The position numbers and the translations under genes were made by a program. From the NCBI GenBank assembly GCA_030704615.1, contig CM060732.1, forward strand, positions 70,928,001 through 70,992,000: a DNA stretch of 64,000 nt, read 5' to 3'. The stretch is from Takakia lepidozioides. Taxonomy: Eukaryota; Plantae; Bryophyta. Shown here one piece after another: positions 25,801 to 37,570 of this stretch; within the stretch, counting starts at the first letter, position 1; each line of letters begins with the position of its first letter. Under the pieces are notes generated by a model, which was given only the letters and a program-made list of their open reading frames with translations, did no database searches and was not told the origin of the DNA.

Positions 25801-27956
25801 TAGAGAACAACGATGAGGGAAAATCCCTGGAGCAATTGAAGAAATAGGATTGGTGATAAACAGTGATCGATAATGATGTGTGAAAAAAAACGGATAGCGT
25901 ATCCTGTAGAATTAATTACTAGACTGCCTAATAGTCCGTCGTTAGATATTTTTAAAAGACTGCAATGTAGTGATAGAGGGATAATCAATTTATGGCTGGT
26001 GAGTAAAGGATGGCGTCGAGAGCTATTGACCTTGTGTCAAAGACGAGAACATGACTGAACACAAACAAGAGATCAGACTAGAGGTACAAGACTAGACAAG
26101 AAGCCAAGGTCGGCGTGGCCGAGTGCATGGTGGATAAACATGAATCAAGATCATTTTTATAACAATGGACAAGAGTACAAGATACTGGAACTCGACTCGA
26201 ATACTGGAATGCTAGAAACTGGACTGGAGTAAATCATCCCTCACGTAGTGCTCTAGCAGCTCCATTCGAATTAAGTTATCACTGTTTTTCAGAAGCATTT
26301 GTAGAAGATCCAAATAAACAGCCAATTCAAAGTAAGCACTTTCAACCTAGTTGGAGTTCTTCATTTACTGGTGGACTTGACTACTGGGACATTATTGCAT
26401 TGAATGTAAGATGAAACCAAATTAGGATGCAACTGAATACAAACACATCACCAGACCAATCAAATGACTTCCTGGCACTTTATTGATGGGTCAGGGTTCT
26501 GAAGACCCATCTTGACTTGGATCAATCTCACTTTACAACCCAGCTGAGTGGTTTCATTTGGAACACTGTGTTCATTTTGTTTTAAGACATAGAAGTACAC
26601 CCCATTCGGGCTATGGTGGAAGACTTGGATTTGTCTCAATTTCGACATGTGATTTTCAGGGAAGTATGTGCTGACACTACTACTTCGATGAAACCTATTA
26701 TTCTCATAGAGAAGTACTATGCTCAGACATTTACTGTGGGCAGAGATCTCTATGGTTTTAAGCAAGCAATGGTTTGCTTAAGTAAAGGCTAAGGCTGACT
26801 TGGAGGTCACTGACCTACAGTCCACATGCTAGAAAACATGAACTTCAGTTTTCTGGAAATCCCACTCTGACAGTACAGTGAATATGAGTATTAGCCCAAA
26901 CCATGGTCGTCCTCAATCCTCTAAAGGTGTGTCAATGTTTGTAGTTCCACGTTATTTGCCTATGTTTGTTTGTCATTTGCCTAAGAGGTCCATTATTTAT
27001 GTATCTTCTTGTTCAACTGCCTTCCTGGCATTGAGGTAATAGATTTCGTCTCTTTTTCGTCTCTCTTTCTCTCTCTAGCTCTGCAATGGCCACAAGGCTA
27101 CGCAAACAACGTCTTATGAGTACATTCTCTTGCTCTGCATGAATGTTGTAAAGTTCATTTCTTTCTGCTTTGTTGAAATGGTGTGAAATGTTTCTCTTTT
27201 GCTAGGCACGTGCAGTGAATGAATGGGAAAGGCTTTGAGGTGGTAATCACGAATCTTAAAGAGGGCATGGTGGAAGAGCTGGAGGCCAAAATCTGGCCGG
27301 ATGCTAGGGATGTAGACCCAACAGGCACTTACAAGGTAGGTAATCTATTTAGGCTACACCTTAATCGTCGAATTTTTGCGTCGTGCATTTGTACTCTGAT
27401 GTCACAACTCTAGTTGGCATAGCTTGGACGTGGCTGATTGGGTTGGATATAGTCTGCCTTGGATAAATGTTAACAGTCGGGAGTAGGGAAAAAATAACAT
27501 TTAGACAAGGTTAACACATTAACAGTTATGAAGGTTTAGGGTTAACACATTAACATTTACAGAAAGAAACATTTAACAAATATAAGATTTATGAAATTAA
27601 CACTTATAACACTTCATAAGGATTGTTAAGATCAAACTCAACCTCATAATTGACAAATTCTCGGGCATCCATATTCGGTAAATTAGGGAAGTAGTGTTTT
27701 CAGAGACCAAGAAAAGTTGCCTCAACAGGGTAGTGACCTCATCGAGATCTTCATCATGTGACCTAGGCCCCATCTCATTCAAATCTGGGATTATCAAAAG
27801 CCATGTGTGCCTCCAACAATGCATGATAGTATGCCTTTATGCCTGAATATATGGCTGATTATATGCCTTTATCGTGCATTTAACATTTATTGAGGGCAGA
27901 TTTACTACGAGGGGAGTACACAATTGTTAACAAATAACAATTAACATTTGCTAGTA

Positions 27957-30000
27957 CCGTACTTACCTAGCTTATTAGGCAATAATTAATTCAAAATCAG
28001 GTGCCTAACTAAATTTAGAACTTTTTTGGAAATGTGCCTAAAACTTAGAAAAACCTCCTGAGAACTGCTCAAAAATTGGGGAAAATACCAAAATGTCCAA
28101 ATATGTGAAAAATGCCTAAATTATATTATTTAAAGTCCAAAAAATGGCAAAAATGCCTACAATTTAAATTTTCATGTCCACACAATTTCCATAGGGCCCT
28201 GCATTGATGCAACTACATCTTCATAAGCCTCATCCCCTATCTCATATGAATCTTCAAATTATGAGAGAAGGTTAAGGTTAGGAACATCATCATCCTTGAT
28301 ATGCATGTTTGCAAGACATCGGCTCATGCTCTCAATGACACTTCCATCAAGGTAGACATCAGGAACATCCTCCATGGCAAGATCTCCTTCCACTTGGGTG
28401 TTTGGGTTTGAAAACAAAGAAGATGTAAAATTGGCTCTCATTGCCTCACCTTGAAAGGCATTTTCAAATGCTCGTAAAATTCCACAAAGTCTCCAACCTG
28501 ACAAAATCATCTCCCGTTGGCATTTCACCTCCACCCAAGACTCATACAACCAACAAACCACAAGTTTGCGCATAATTGGCAACTCTGTCTTCAACAATAT
28601 TTGATCTGCAGGCACACCAGCCCTTATCTGTTCTTGAATCTCTCTTGCAGACCAATTCTTGAATCAAGCTGAAAATGCACATTTGAGTGGTCTCTGTAAT
28701 ATAACATCAGCAGGTTGCAACTTTGATGTGCAATTTGTAGGAATGTATAAAAGACAAATATAAGGATGATTCTCCTTCATGTATGCCCTGAATTCTTCAA
28801 ACCGATGGACGCTCCAACAATCAATTAACCAGATTATTTTCTGGTCACTAGGCAACTGCAACCGGATCCTCTCAGACTGGAAATAAGGTAATATAATATT
28901 CTCCACAAATTCTTTGCAAGTGCTCAGGTTGGACCAATGGTTATGGGAGATAGTCAAATGAAAACCATGTTTTTGCAATACGACATATCTCTGGACTCTT
29001 GGGTAATAATCTCTTTGTCTTACCCTTGAAAACAATCTGAAGAGGCAACATCTCACCATCCGCACAAGAAGAAACGCAAGCAGTTACAGCTCTCTTGTCC
29101 TCCACTCCAATTTGTGCCACATCTTTTTTATCCTGTCTTTCCCATGTTCTCTCCCATGCCATTGGTACCAAATAAATGCCTATCTGATCGGTGTTCACAA
29201 TGAGACTCGGTGGGATGTTATATATCTTGACCAAATAGGCAATCCGATGAGCCATAGTGGTGCCTTGGGCCTCCCAATCATTTGGAGACTTCCCATGCAT
29301 AGTTGTTGGTCATCTATAACTCCAATTTAGTGAGTCATGCATGAACCTCCTAGTCCAATTCAAGCTGACACAAAATTGCCCCTGCAAGACATGAGGCACC
29401 TTCTCCCAGAAATAACCCAATATGATAGACTGCACAATGCTTGTATGAAATGATTAACTAGCTGCCCGCATAGAAAATAAGAGATTGACCAAGTCCTATA
29501 TAATTACTGGATCCAAACCTGCTAAGGCCTTTGAATTGGGCCACTTAGAACCCCAAAAATGATTCTTTGATCACATATCAAACATTATGTGTTTTTTAAA
29601 TAAAATAACCTCAACAATAGTTTTTGAGGGAGGTCAAAAACTATTGCTCATCATTATCCAGCCTAAATAAAATAACCTCAACAATAGTTTTTGAGGGAGG
29701 TCAAAAACTATTGTTCATCATTATCCAACCTAAATATATTAACCTCAACAATAGATTTTGAGGGAGGTCAAAAACTATTGTTCATCATTATCCAGCCTAA
29801 ATAAAATAACCTCAACAATAGTTTTTGAGGGAGGTCAAAAACTATTGTTCATCATTATCCAGGGTCGACTGAAATACATGCCTAATATTTGGAAATTACC
29901 TAGTTGAGGTGCCTAAATAATAAAAACGAATCTGCCTAATAATATTCCATTTTTATTAATTATTAGGCGCGGAAGTGCCTAATAAGCTAGGTAAGTACGG
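27957..30000 (-). mobile_element. pogo-like DNA transposon with degraded DDE_1 transposase
   Basis: Perfect TIR CCGTACTTACCTAGCTTATTAGGC(A) / GCCTAATAAGCTAGGTAAGTACGG with TA on both sides. Frameshifted ORFs 28259-29300 contain LIVNTDQIG, LPLQIVFKGKT, WLIDCWSVH and YIPTNCTSKLQPADV. Confidence 0.9.
29597..29862. repeat. Four tandem 67 bp units, each with a 15 bp-stem hairpin
   Basis: CCTCAACAATAG recurs at 29609, 29676, 29743 and 29810; core AACAATAGTTTTTGA-GGGAGG-TCAAAAACTATTGTT. Confidence 0.93.
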
Positions 30001-30452
30001 TATGCACAAGCAGGGGAGTAAAATTTTCTTAATATTTATGGTAGTTTAACGTTTATAGAGGTAACATTTATCCAGGGCAGACTGTATATGCAACATTAGC
30101 TTCTATCTGGATTTGTTTCCGGTCTTAATTTGTCTGTCTTTCATCCCCAGTTAATGGAAGATGCTCCGTAAAGGGGAGGATTGCTCTCAAGAGAAATCAT
30201 TGTACCATAGACTGCAAGGTTATTTGCTAAATACCAGGTTATTTGCTAAATTACGTAGTTGGTCTGGGGCGAGGGGCCACGGGATTCACAACCAAGGATA
30301 GGTTGCTCAAGATGGAAACTGCAAAGTATGGGGATTCAAACCCTACAATCACATAACAGTTTGTGGATTTGAAGAGGAAGCTCGTCTCTCTATCTGCTTC
30401 TAAGTTGGAGAGCATTCCTGAAGTCGGTGATCACTCTCTTAGGAACAAGAAG

Positions 30453-33093
30453 TGTTGGAAGTCAATTCTAACATTCATCAAGTCATATGATGAATCTTGT
30501 AGGGACACAACTGTTAGACAAAGAGTTGTGATCTGTGTGAGTTAGACCTATTGGTTGTATCAATAGTCACAACTATTCATATGTCTTAAAGTGAGCACAC
30601 GCTCACTGTTGTAACATCTTCTTCATTATCAATTACAAGTCACTCTCTCTCTCCATAAATTTAACATGGTATCAGGCCTCTATAGATAATATAGAACGAT
30701 CCGATGGGATGGGACTCCTTGTTTCAAATTGACCTTAACATTCTATGAGTTTTTTGAACCATAGAAAATGTATAATGTCTTCAGAAAACATAGGGTCCTA
30801 AAATTATATAGGAAGAGTAAATCCTAATCAACGCCACAATGGCATCCTCCTCATCTAATCAAAGAACCGTCGAGAAATTAGATGGTTCTAACTATCAAAC
30901 CTAGAAGATTAGATTATCCTATCTTTAAAAAAAAAAAAAAACTCTGGGATTTAGTAATAGGTACTGAAATAAAACCTAGCTCAAGTACTTCCCCAGGTGG
31001 AACAATAACAAATCCACCAAGGACTGGTGTAGGTTCCATCGTCCATTTAAGAGATATGACAGCCCAATTGATAATCATAGATAGTGTTAAAAACACTTGT
31101 CTCGGTCATGCGACCTCTTTATTTACAGCAAATGGGAATTGGGTAGCTTTACAAAGAGTCTATCACACAAATGACATGATAAATAAGCCTTCGTGGGAGC
31201 AAAGTCCGTCAGCTCATGTGGCATGAGATTTTCCCTTCACACATGCGGCTTTTTATTCAGAAGTCCAAGACTGATCAGTATAGAGTAGGCACTTGGGTAT
31301 TTATTGCCCGCATGAGCGGTGATTGTTGTCATGTAGCATTGATGGAACGTCTACTTATACTAGGGAACTATACAACCATAGATGCTTCTCAAGGTGGCCT
31401 CTTGCTACGAGGAATTATTGGTAGTAACCAAGAGAAATCTATGTGTTTACGACGTTGTGGCATCTCTTATTCAACACTTCGGAATTGGTTCAGGTTTTTT
31501 CATCTTAGAAAGCAATATGTCAATTACAGTTTGAGAGAAGGGAGTGACATTAAAATTCATATTCATGAACTTAGACTCCTCTTATAACAACTAGGGTCAG
31601 TGGGGGTCACATATTCAAATGAAGACAACGTAGAGACACTCTTAAGTAGTCTTCCTGAATCATACGAGCCCATAACTATGACCTTAAGTAATCAACTTGG
31701 ATTATCCCTTCAAGATGTTGCAGTCAAATTATTGACTGACGACATTCGTAGAATGAAGAATGGTGACTTATCTGCAACAGATGGAGTCACGACATTCTGG
31801 GCTGGCAGGAAGCCAAACCAGAAGAGGCAGATAACTGGATCTCCAAGAGGATCAAATAGTTATCCTGTCAACCAAGGAAACCTAGGGAGTAGCATTCAGG
31901 TTAACTCTAGAATGTGACTCACTATCTAAGTGGGAGTGTTAAAGGGTTTGTAGATTAGTAAGTCAAGTAGTAAGTAACCTTTCATATCTCGTAGACTAGA
32001 GACACTTCTCAAGAGATGTAAAGGTATGTTCAGAGACTGTAATACAACGCCTCTATTCTGTCTCAACTCTCTTTCTCACTTGTATGTTTACTCATATATA
32101 GAATATAGATATTTATATGGTATCAGAGCTAATGTTCAACCGATCCATAGAGATCTAATGAGAGTCGACTTAAGATTGTCATACTAGTACTGTAATACTA
32201 GTAGATATAATAGTCAAACAACTATCAAATGAGAGCTATGTTCATGATCTAAAACATGTTAATATTGATATGTTAATGTTGATCTTTGCATCAATATAGT
32301 TACTATAAGCACCTAAGTATGGTGAACAAATTATTCCTAGGCAAAGAAGCCAACAATGAAATATTCATGGTGAAAAAAATTGCAGAGAAGTCATGGAGAC
32401 AATTGAGTATAATGGTCATTTCAAACATTTTAAAATGTTATTCAAGCATGTAACAATTTAGATTGTTAATGATGGTTCGAGTTCCAACAAACTTGTTTAA
32501 GAACCTTCATAGAGTTATGTCATGCGACATTAACTTAAAGAAGAGATCTAAGGTGTTATCCCAACAACATCACTATTGGTGCATTATTTGAACTTCAAAT
32601 GAGCAATTTCTCCAACGAGAAGTTCTATTTGAAAATCAAGCTATCTCTGACTAATTGATAGCAAGCTGATCACAATTACGACTTCCATTTTGATGTGAAC
32701 GAAGTCTTAGTTCGACCACGGGAAAGGGAGCACATGTGAGAGGACGTTGGCCAACGCCGACAACTCTATAGATATTATTTAATCAAAGATTACAATTATG
32801 TGAATATGCTTTAATAGCATTGTTGGACAAAAACAGGGCCCTCAGAATTTAGACTCTTGAATGTTTTCATTGAGGGAGGGTGTTGGAAGTCAATTCTAGC
32901 ATTCATCAAGTCATATGATAAATCTTGAAGGGACACAACTGTTAGACAAAAAGTTGTGATCTGTGTGAGTTAGACCTTTTGGCTGTATCAATAGTCACAA
33001 CTATTCATATGCTTAAAGTGAGCACACACTCACTATTGTAACATCTTCTTCATTATCAATTACAAGTCAATCTCTCTTTTCGTAAATTTTACA
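30453..33093 (+). mobile_element. Non-autonomous Ty1/Copia LTR retrotransposon (2.6 kb)
   Basis: LTRs 30453-30666 and 32881-33093 (TG..CA); PBS TGGTATCAG at 30667 (tRNA-iMet type); PPT TTGAGGGAGGG; TSD AGAAG. Degraded Copia gag (KKLWDLVIG..; LLSSLPESYE) at 30838-31917. Confidence 0.92.
31187..31495 (+). mobile_element. Tyrosine recombinase fragment (DIRS/Ngaro-like) inserted in the Copia gag
   Basis: HMRLFIQKSKTDQYRVGTWVFIAR..CHVALMERLL..LLRGI..ISYSTLR carries the SKTDQ motif typical of DIRS/Cre-like recombinases. The gag reads ..DMINK before it and FHLRKQ after it. Confidence 0.7.
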
Positions 33094-34384
33094 AGAAGAA
33101 GCAGTTTCAAGAGGGCTACATCCATGATCCCCGTGCCCGACCTAGTGAGAGACTTAACAGAAGGTGAGGGCAGACGCAGAGACCTGGAGTTGACACTAGA
33201 CCGTCTTTCTGCTCATGTTAGTGGGTTGACTGTGGTGGACCGCAAGAGTTATCTCACAGATCTGTAGAGCATGAATTTCAATGATTCAGATCAGATCCAA
33301 GCTATAAGAAACACCCGTTTGATGCTGAAGTCCGTCATCCGGACCAATCGTAAGTATGGCCGAGCCTGGATTGCCGCAACCCGACTGGATGAGGTGGCTG
33401 GTAAGAAAAGTTCAGCGAGATCTGTAATGGAGGAAGGGTGTCAAGCATGTTCGAGAAACGAGGATGTGTGGGTGGAAGCCTGCAGGTTGGCTACTCCCGA
33501 CACTACAAAGCCGTGGTCGCCAAATCTTTGAAGGCTATGCCAAAGTCGGCGAAATCTCAATATTATGAAGCAATGAATCAAGAATTAGTTTTCAAGTGAA
33601 TGTGCATGACTCCAAATTCCTTAAACGTCGACATCAAAGTCGAATGACATACATTAGACAATGCAAATGATATATATTAATAACACAATTTGCATGACTC
33701 CAAATTCATTAAACGTCGACATCAAAATCGAACGATATACAAATTTAGCCAATGCAAAGGATATATACTAATTAACACAAGTATCCATGAGACATCGTAA
33801 CCTAGTACATGTTGTCAATTAGTCTGCTATCCCCAATAGTATTGGGCCAATACAAAGGCACTATATATAGTCCATAAACACCCTAGCCCTGAAACTATAA
33901 CATCTACACATAAGGCTGACATTGAGAAGTCTGGGTGTGCGTCGCACGAAGATATGTTTTTGCAAATGCCTCCGCGTAGATAGGTAGTTTGTAAAAATGA
34001 AAACTCGAACTTAGACAAAATACTTTGTTTTGTAAAAAAAATGAATGTCGGTCTCGAATCAAAATTGACTCCTGCAAAAGAGTAAACCACGGATAAAAAA
34101 AATATGAATATTAACACATGAATACAAGGCCCGAAGGCGAACTAAAAGGTATTCAAAATCAAAACGGTACACCGAAATAAAAAAAAGTCTTATTCATATG
34201 AGAAATCCGAATCAACATTAATAAAATAGGTACATTGAACCTATGGAACTACTAGACATTTTTAATCGAAATAATTTTTCCAAACCAATGTATCAATGTA
34301 CTCCAAAGTTGAAGCTATGTACATTTATTTTTTCAATGACTCACTTCGGGATATGAGGTTTCGAGGTATTGTAGGGTTTAGGAA

Positions 34385-36340
34385 CGAACCTATAGAACCT
34401 ATAGAACTTTCAATCAAATATCTCAACCTTGAATACATTGTACCCCAAAGTAAGAATGTGTTTTTTTAACGAGCTTCCAACATAGAGATAAGGTTTTAGG
34501 AGCATAAAGTTTTAGAATAATTATAAGTATGAATCACACAAATATGCAGGATAGTTTATGACCTATAAAAACGTTCAATCAAGTAATATTTTAACCATAA
34601 TTGTATTATACCCAAAGCTGGAAAAATGATTTGAATGAACTTCAAATATTTGAATGAGGTTTAGGATACATGGGTTTGGAGAAGTAAAAATAATATCACG
34701 TACAAAATAAAATTGGACAAGTGTGTAGAACATATAAGAAATTTCGAGAAAATATCCTGATGACTCTATCATACATATAAGCTAGAATAAAATGAATCAA
34801 TGAGCTTCAAATGTAGAAACTACGTTTTAGGATATACTAGGGTTTAGAACAAGCAAAAGTGTGATTGATACAAATAATGGGATACTATTTAGGACCAATA
34901 CAAAATTTCATTAAATATTCCAACAACTCTTAGTAGTATGCAACCCCAAAGTTAGAAAATAAATTTTTGAGTGAGCTTCAAACATTACAAAGATATTTTT
35001 GGGGTACTGGGCTTAGGCTATTAAGCTAAAGTATAGGTAAGAACAAATATGAAAGAATGGAACTTAGGATCTACAAAAATATCAATAAAAATCCAGACCA
35101 CTTTATCTTATTAGGGTGAGTCAATGGGGGAAAAAGAATAATGAGCTTCAAACAATCAAAAAAGTTTTTTAGGGTGACATACTAGGATTTAGGGTAAGCA
35201 AATTTAGTACTATTCAATGACAAACAAATTTACAAGAGTAATTAAGACATATAAAATCTCTCAATTAAATATCAAAAATTCTATAGACTAAGTCCCCAAA
35301 GCTTAGTACTAGCCAAAAAAAAAAAAAAAACAATCTATTCAATCTAACAAAGGGTTGAAAAGTGCTTATAAGGAAATTCCATACAAAATTGCTACCAAGT
35401 AAAACTAAGCAATTGTTTTAATGAGCTAATTCAATCTTATACATGTTGGGATTAAATTTGTTCCGACCACGAACAGCCAAACAAAAAAACAAAAACGGGA
35501 CTTGGGCTTCAAACATGGATATGAGGTGGACAAAATTATCAATAAGAAACTAATATGGAAGAGACAGTTTGTGTACAAGGTCCTATAAAAACTTTCAAAA
35601 AACAACAACAGTGTATGGAACCTATAAAAACTTTAATCAAATATCCCAACCTTGAATGCATTGTATTCCAAAGTAGGAATTTGCTTTCTTAAGAAGCTTC
35701 AAACATGGATATAATGTTTTAGGGGCATAAAGTTTATAAGAAATAAAAGTATGAACCACATAAAAATATGCATGAATGTTTAGGACCTATAATTTTTAAA
35801 ACATTCAACAATCAAGTCATCTAACCATTGTAATTTGTATTATACCCAAAGCTCAAAAATTGATTTGAATGAACTTCAAACATTTGAATGAGGTTTTGCA
35901 GTATAAGGTTTCGGATAAATAAAATTACTTCAAGTAAAAAAAACATATGGAAGAGTAAGAATTTTCAAGTAAATATCTCGATGACTCTGTTATACATGTA
36001 AGCTGGAAAATACAATTAATTGAGCTTCAAATATAACAACTACGTTTTAGGCTATAGGATTAAGACTATAGGGTTAAGTCTCCGGCAAAAGTATGAATGA
36101 TAGGGGTGATGGGAGAGTGTTTAGGACATTTACAAATTTTCAATTAAATATTCCAACCACTCTAGTATGCAACCTCAAAGTTAGAAAAACAATTAATTCC
36201 GAGTGTCAGGCTTTAAACATTCCAAAGATATTTTTGTGGTATTGGGCTTAGGTTAAGCTAAAGTATATTAGATAATAAACAAATATTATGAAATAGTAAC
36301 ATTTAGGACCTATAAAAATGTCATTAAAAAATCCAAACCA
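34385..36340. repeat. Diverged AT-rich direct duplication, period ~1.2 kb
   Basis: ~34395-35100 aligns by eye with ~35618-36340 (e.g. AATCAAATATC(T/C)CAACCTTGAAT, TTTGAATGAACTTCAAA, AACTACGTTTTAGG, AAAAATCCA). Confidence 0.75.
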
Positions 36341-36611
36341 ATCCCAAAAAAAAAAGTGGAAAAGTGTTTAGGAGGTTATATGAAAACTTGCAAGTATTAC
36401 TAAGCAAAAGGTTTTTTTTTAAAATCCCAACCACTCTAACAAAATTTATTCATACAAAATTTATTGAAAGTGGTCCAAATCTGGCTAGAAGAATGAACAA
36501 CATTATAATTGAATAGAACAATTATTTTATATCCATCATTCAAAGTCATTGAGATTTAAAACATTACAATAAAACAAGAAAGTTGGAGAGTTGTCTGCAT
36601 TCATACCATTT

Positions 36612-37570
36612 TAGTTTTCATTATCTTGACGATTTGCTGATTCCAAATTTGTTCTAGCATTGTCCGCCTCTCGAGCAGTTATTTTTTTTGTGCTTGCTTT
36701 TGTCGTATTTTTTCTCGGTGACATTTTCCACACTACATTGTCAACATGAATCCAATGAGCGAGATCCATTGGGTTGAACTCCCAATTTTTGGACCAACAA
36801 TCTTAGTATCTATCCGCATCCGTAGGATTGCCCCCTTTCTTCGGTCTCCACCACGCCACAAGAAACTTCTTGTAATTGCGATCTTCTCTATCTCGTACAA
36901 CATCCGATATTGTCATTCCCATCCAAACAGGAAAAATCTCCGTATCATTTGGACGAACAAAGACAAAGAATCCATTCTCAATATCCTTGAATGGATTCAA
37001 CGGTGTTTTCAGACGGTCACATCTCGGCCCACAATACGGTTCCACAATATCTTCATTATCGGACAATGCGTCTTGAGACTGTCTATGAACAACGTCTCTC
37101 CTGTGGTACTCGACCCATTTTGTTGTTGATCAAAATCCTTTGATAAGTTCGTCATTTGGATCCTCCAACGGAATGTCAAGTTCTTCAAGAATATCTGCCC
37201 AATATTGATCATATTGTTTCATGATATTTCCATATAGATCATCTAAGAGCGTCCATTTTTTCCAAAAATCCATGTATTTTTTAATACCAGACTTGATGCA
37301 AGATTGTTTCTCCGATGCGTCCTCACCATCTCCCCAAATAGGTCTCTTACGGAGCGGTTTCAGCTGTCCAACTAGAAGCATTGGAGAACCATCATCTTTT
37401 GTTTTCCACATTTTGACATTGCCATTTTTTGGAAGTCAATCCGAATCTGTTGCAGATTTTTTGTATTGCATTAGAGGCCAACCATCCGAATCAATAAAAT
37501 ATGCCCTCAAACATGAGGGCATGTTCTGTTTTGGAATGGGCCCACCAAAAACCGGCTCGTCCATTAGGGG
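36612..37570 (-). pseudogene. Degraded ~320-codon ORF, probably the C-terminal part of a DNA-transposon protein
   Basis: One reading frame broken by 3 stops: ..YFIDSDGWPLMQYKKSATDSD*LPK..YWADIL..KGF*..EPYCGP..GFFVFVRP..PVWMG..FLVAWWRP. Intronless and AT-rich, unlike the host genes; family not firmly recognised. Confidence 0.5.

Larger units (their letters stand above)
27450..30084. mobile_element. Non-autonomous Tc1/mariner-type TIR element (outer element of a nest)
   Basis: TIRs (T)AGTCTGCCTTGGATAAATGTTA / TAACATTTATCCAGGGCAGACTG, inserted at a TA. The empty site is visible in the parent GlnRS intron (~1175-1190). Confidence 0.82.
26231..30240. pseudogene. Rearranged partial duplicate of GlnRS genomic sequence (introns retained), interrupted by nested DNA transposons
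   Basis: 26231-26482 = 1757-2010 (same strand); 26492-26892 = 10613-11011 (same strand); 26893-27449 = reverse complement of 1744-~1180; 30087-30240 = reverse complement of ~1180-1040. Confidence 0.92.
30247..33560 (+). pseudogene. PRP6: PRP6/STABILIZED1 (U5 snRNP splicing factor) N-terminal gene fragment, split by a Copia insertion
   Basis: NYVVGLGRGATGFTT at ~30249; FVDLKRKLVSLSASKLESIPEVGDHSLRNKK up to 30452; continues after 33093 with ..LDRLSAHVSGLTVVDRKSYLTDL*SM..RLMLKSVIRTN..AWIAATRLDEVAGK..NEDVWVEACRLA. Contains stops and internal deletions. Confidence 0.85.

Noticed and set aside
25300-26230. Short ATGACGTG-rich repeats, (TA)n and purine-rich ORFs
   Set aside because: Probably repeat debris, but no termini or protein motif could be supported.
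29597-29862. CRISPR-like palindromic repeat array
   Set aside because: The sequences between hairpins are identical rather than unique spacers, there are no cas genes, and the context is a eukaryotic transposon.
33930-33960. GTGCGTCGCAC hairpin as a Helitron 3' end
   Set aside because: No CTRR terminus at the expected distance on either strand.
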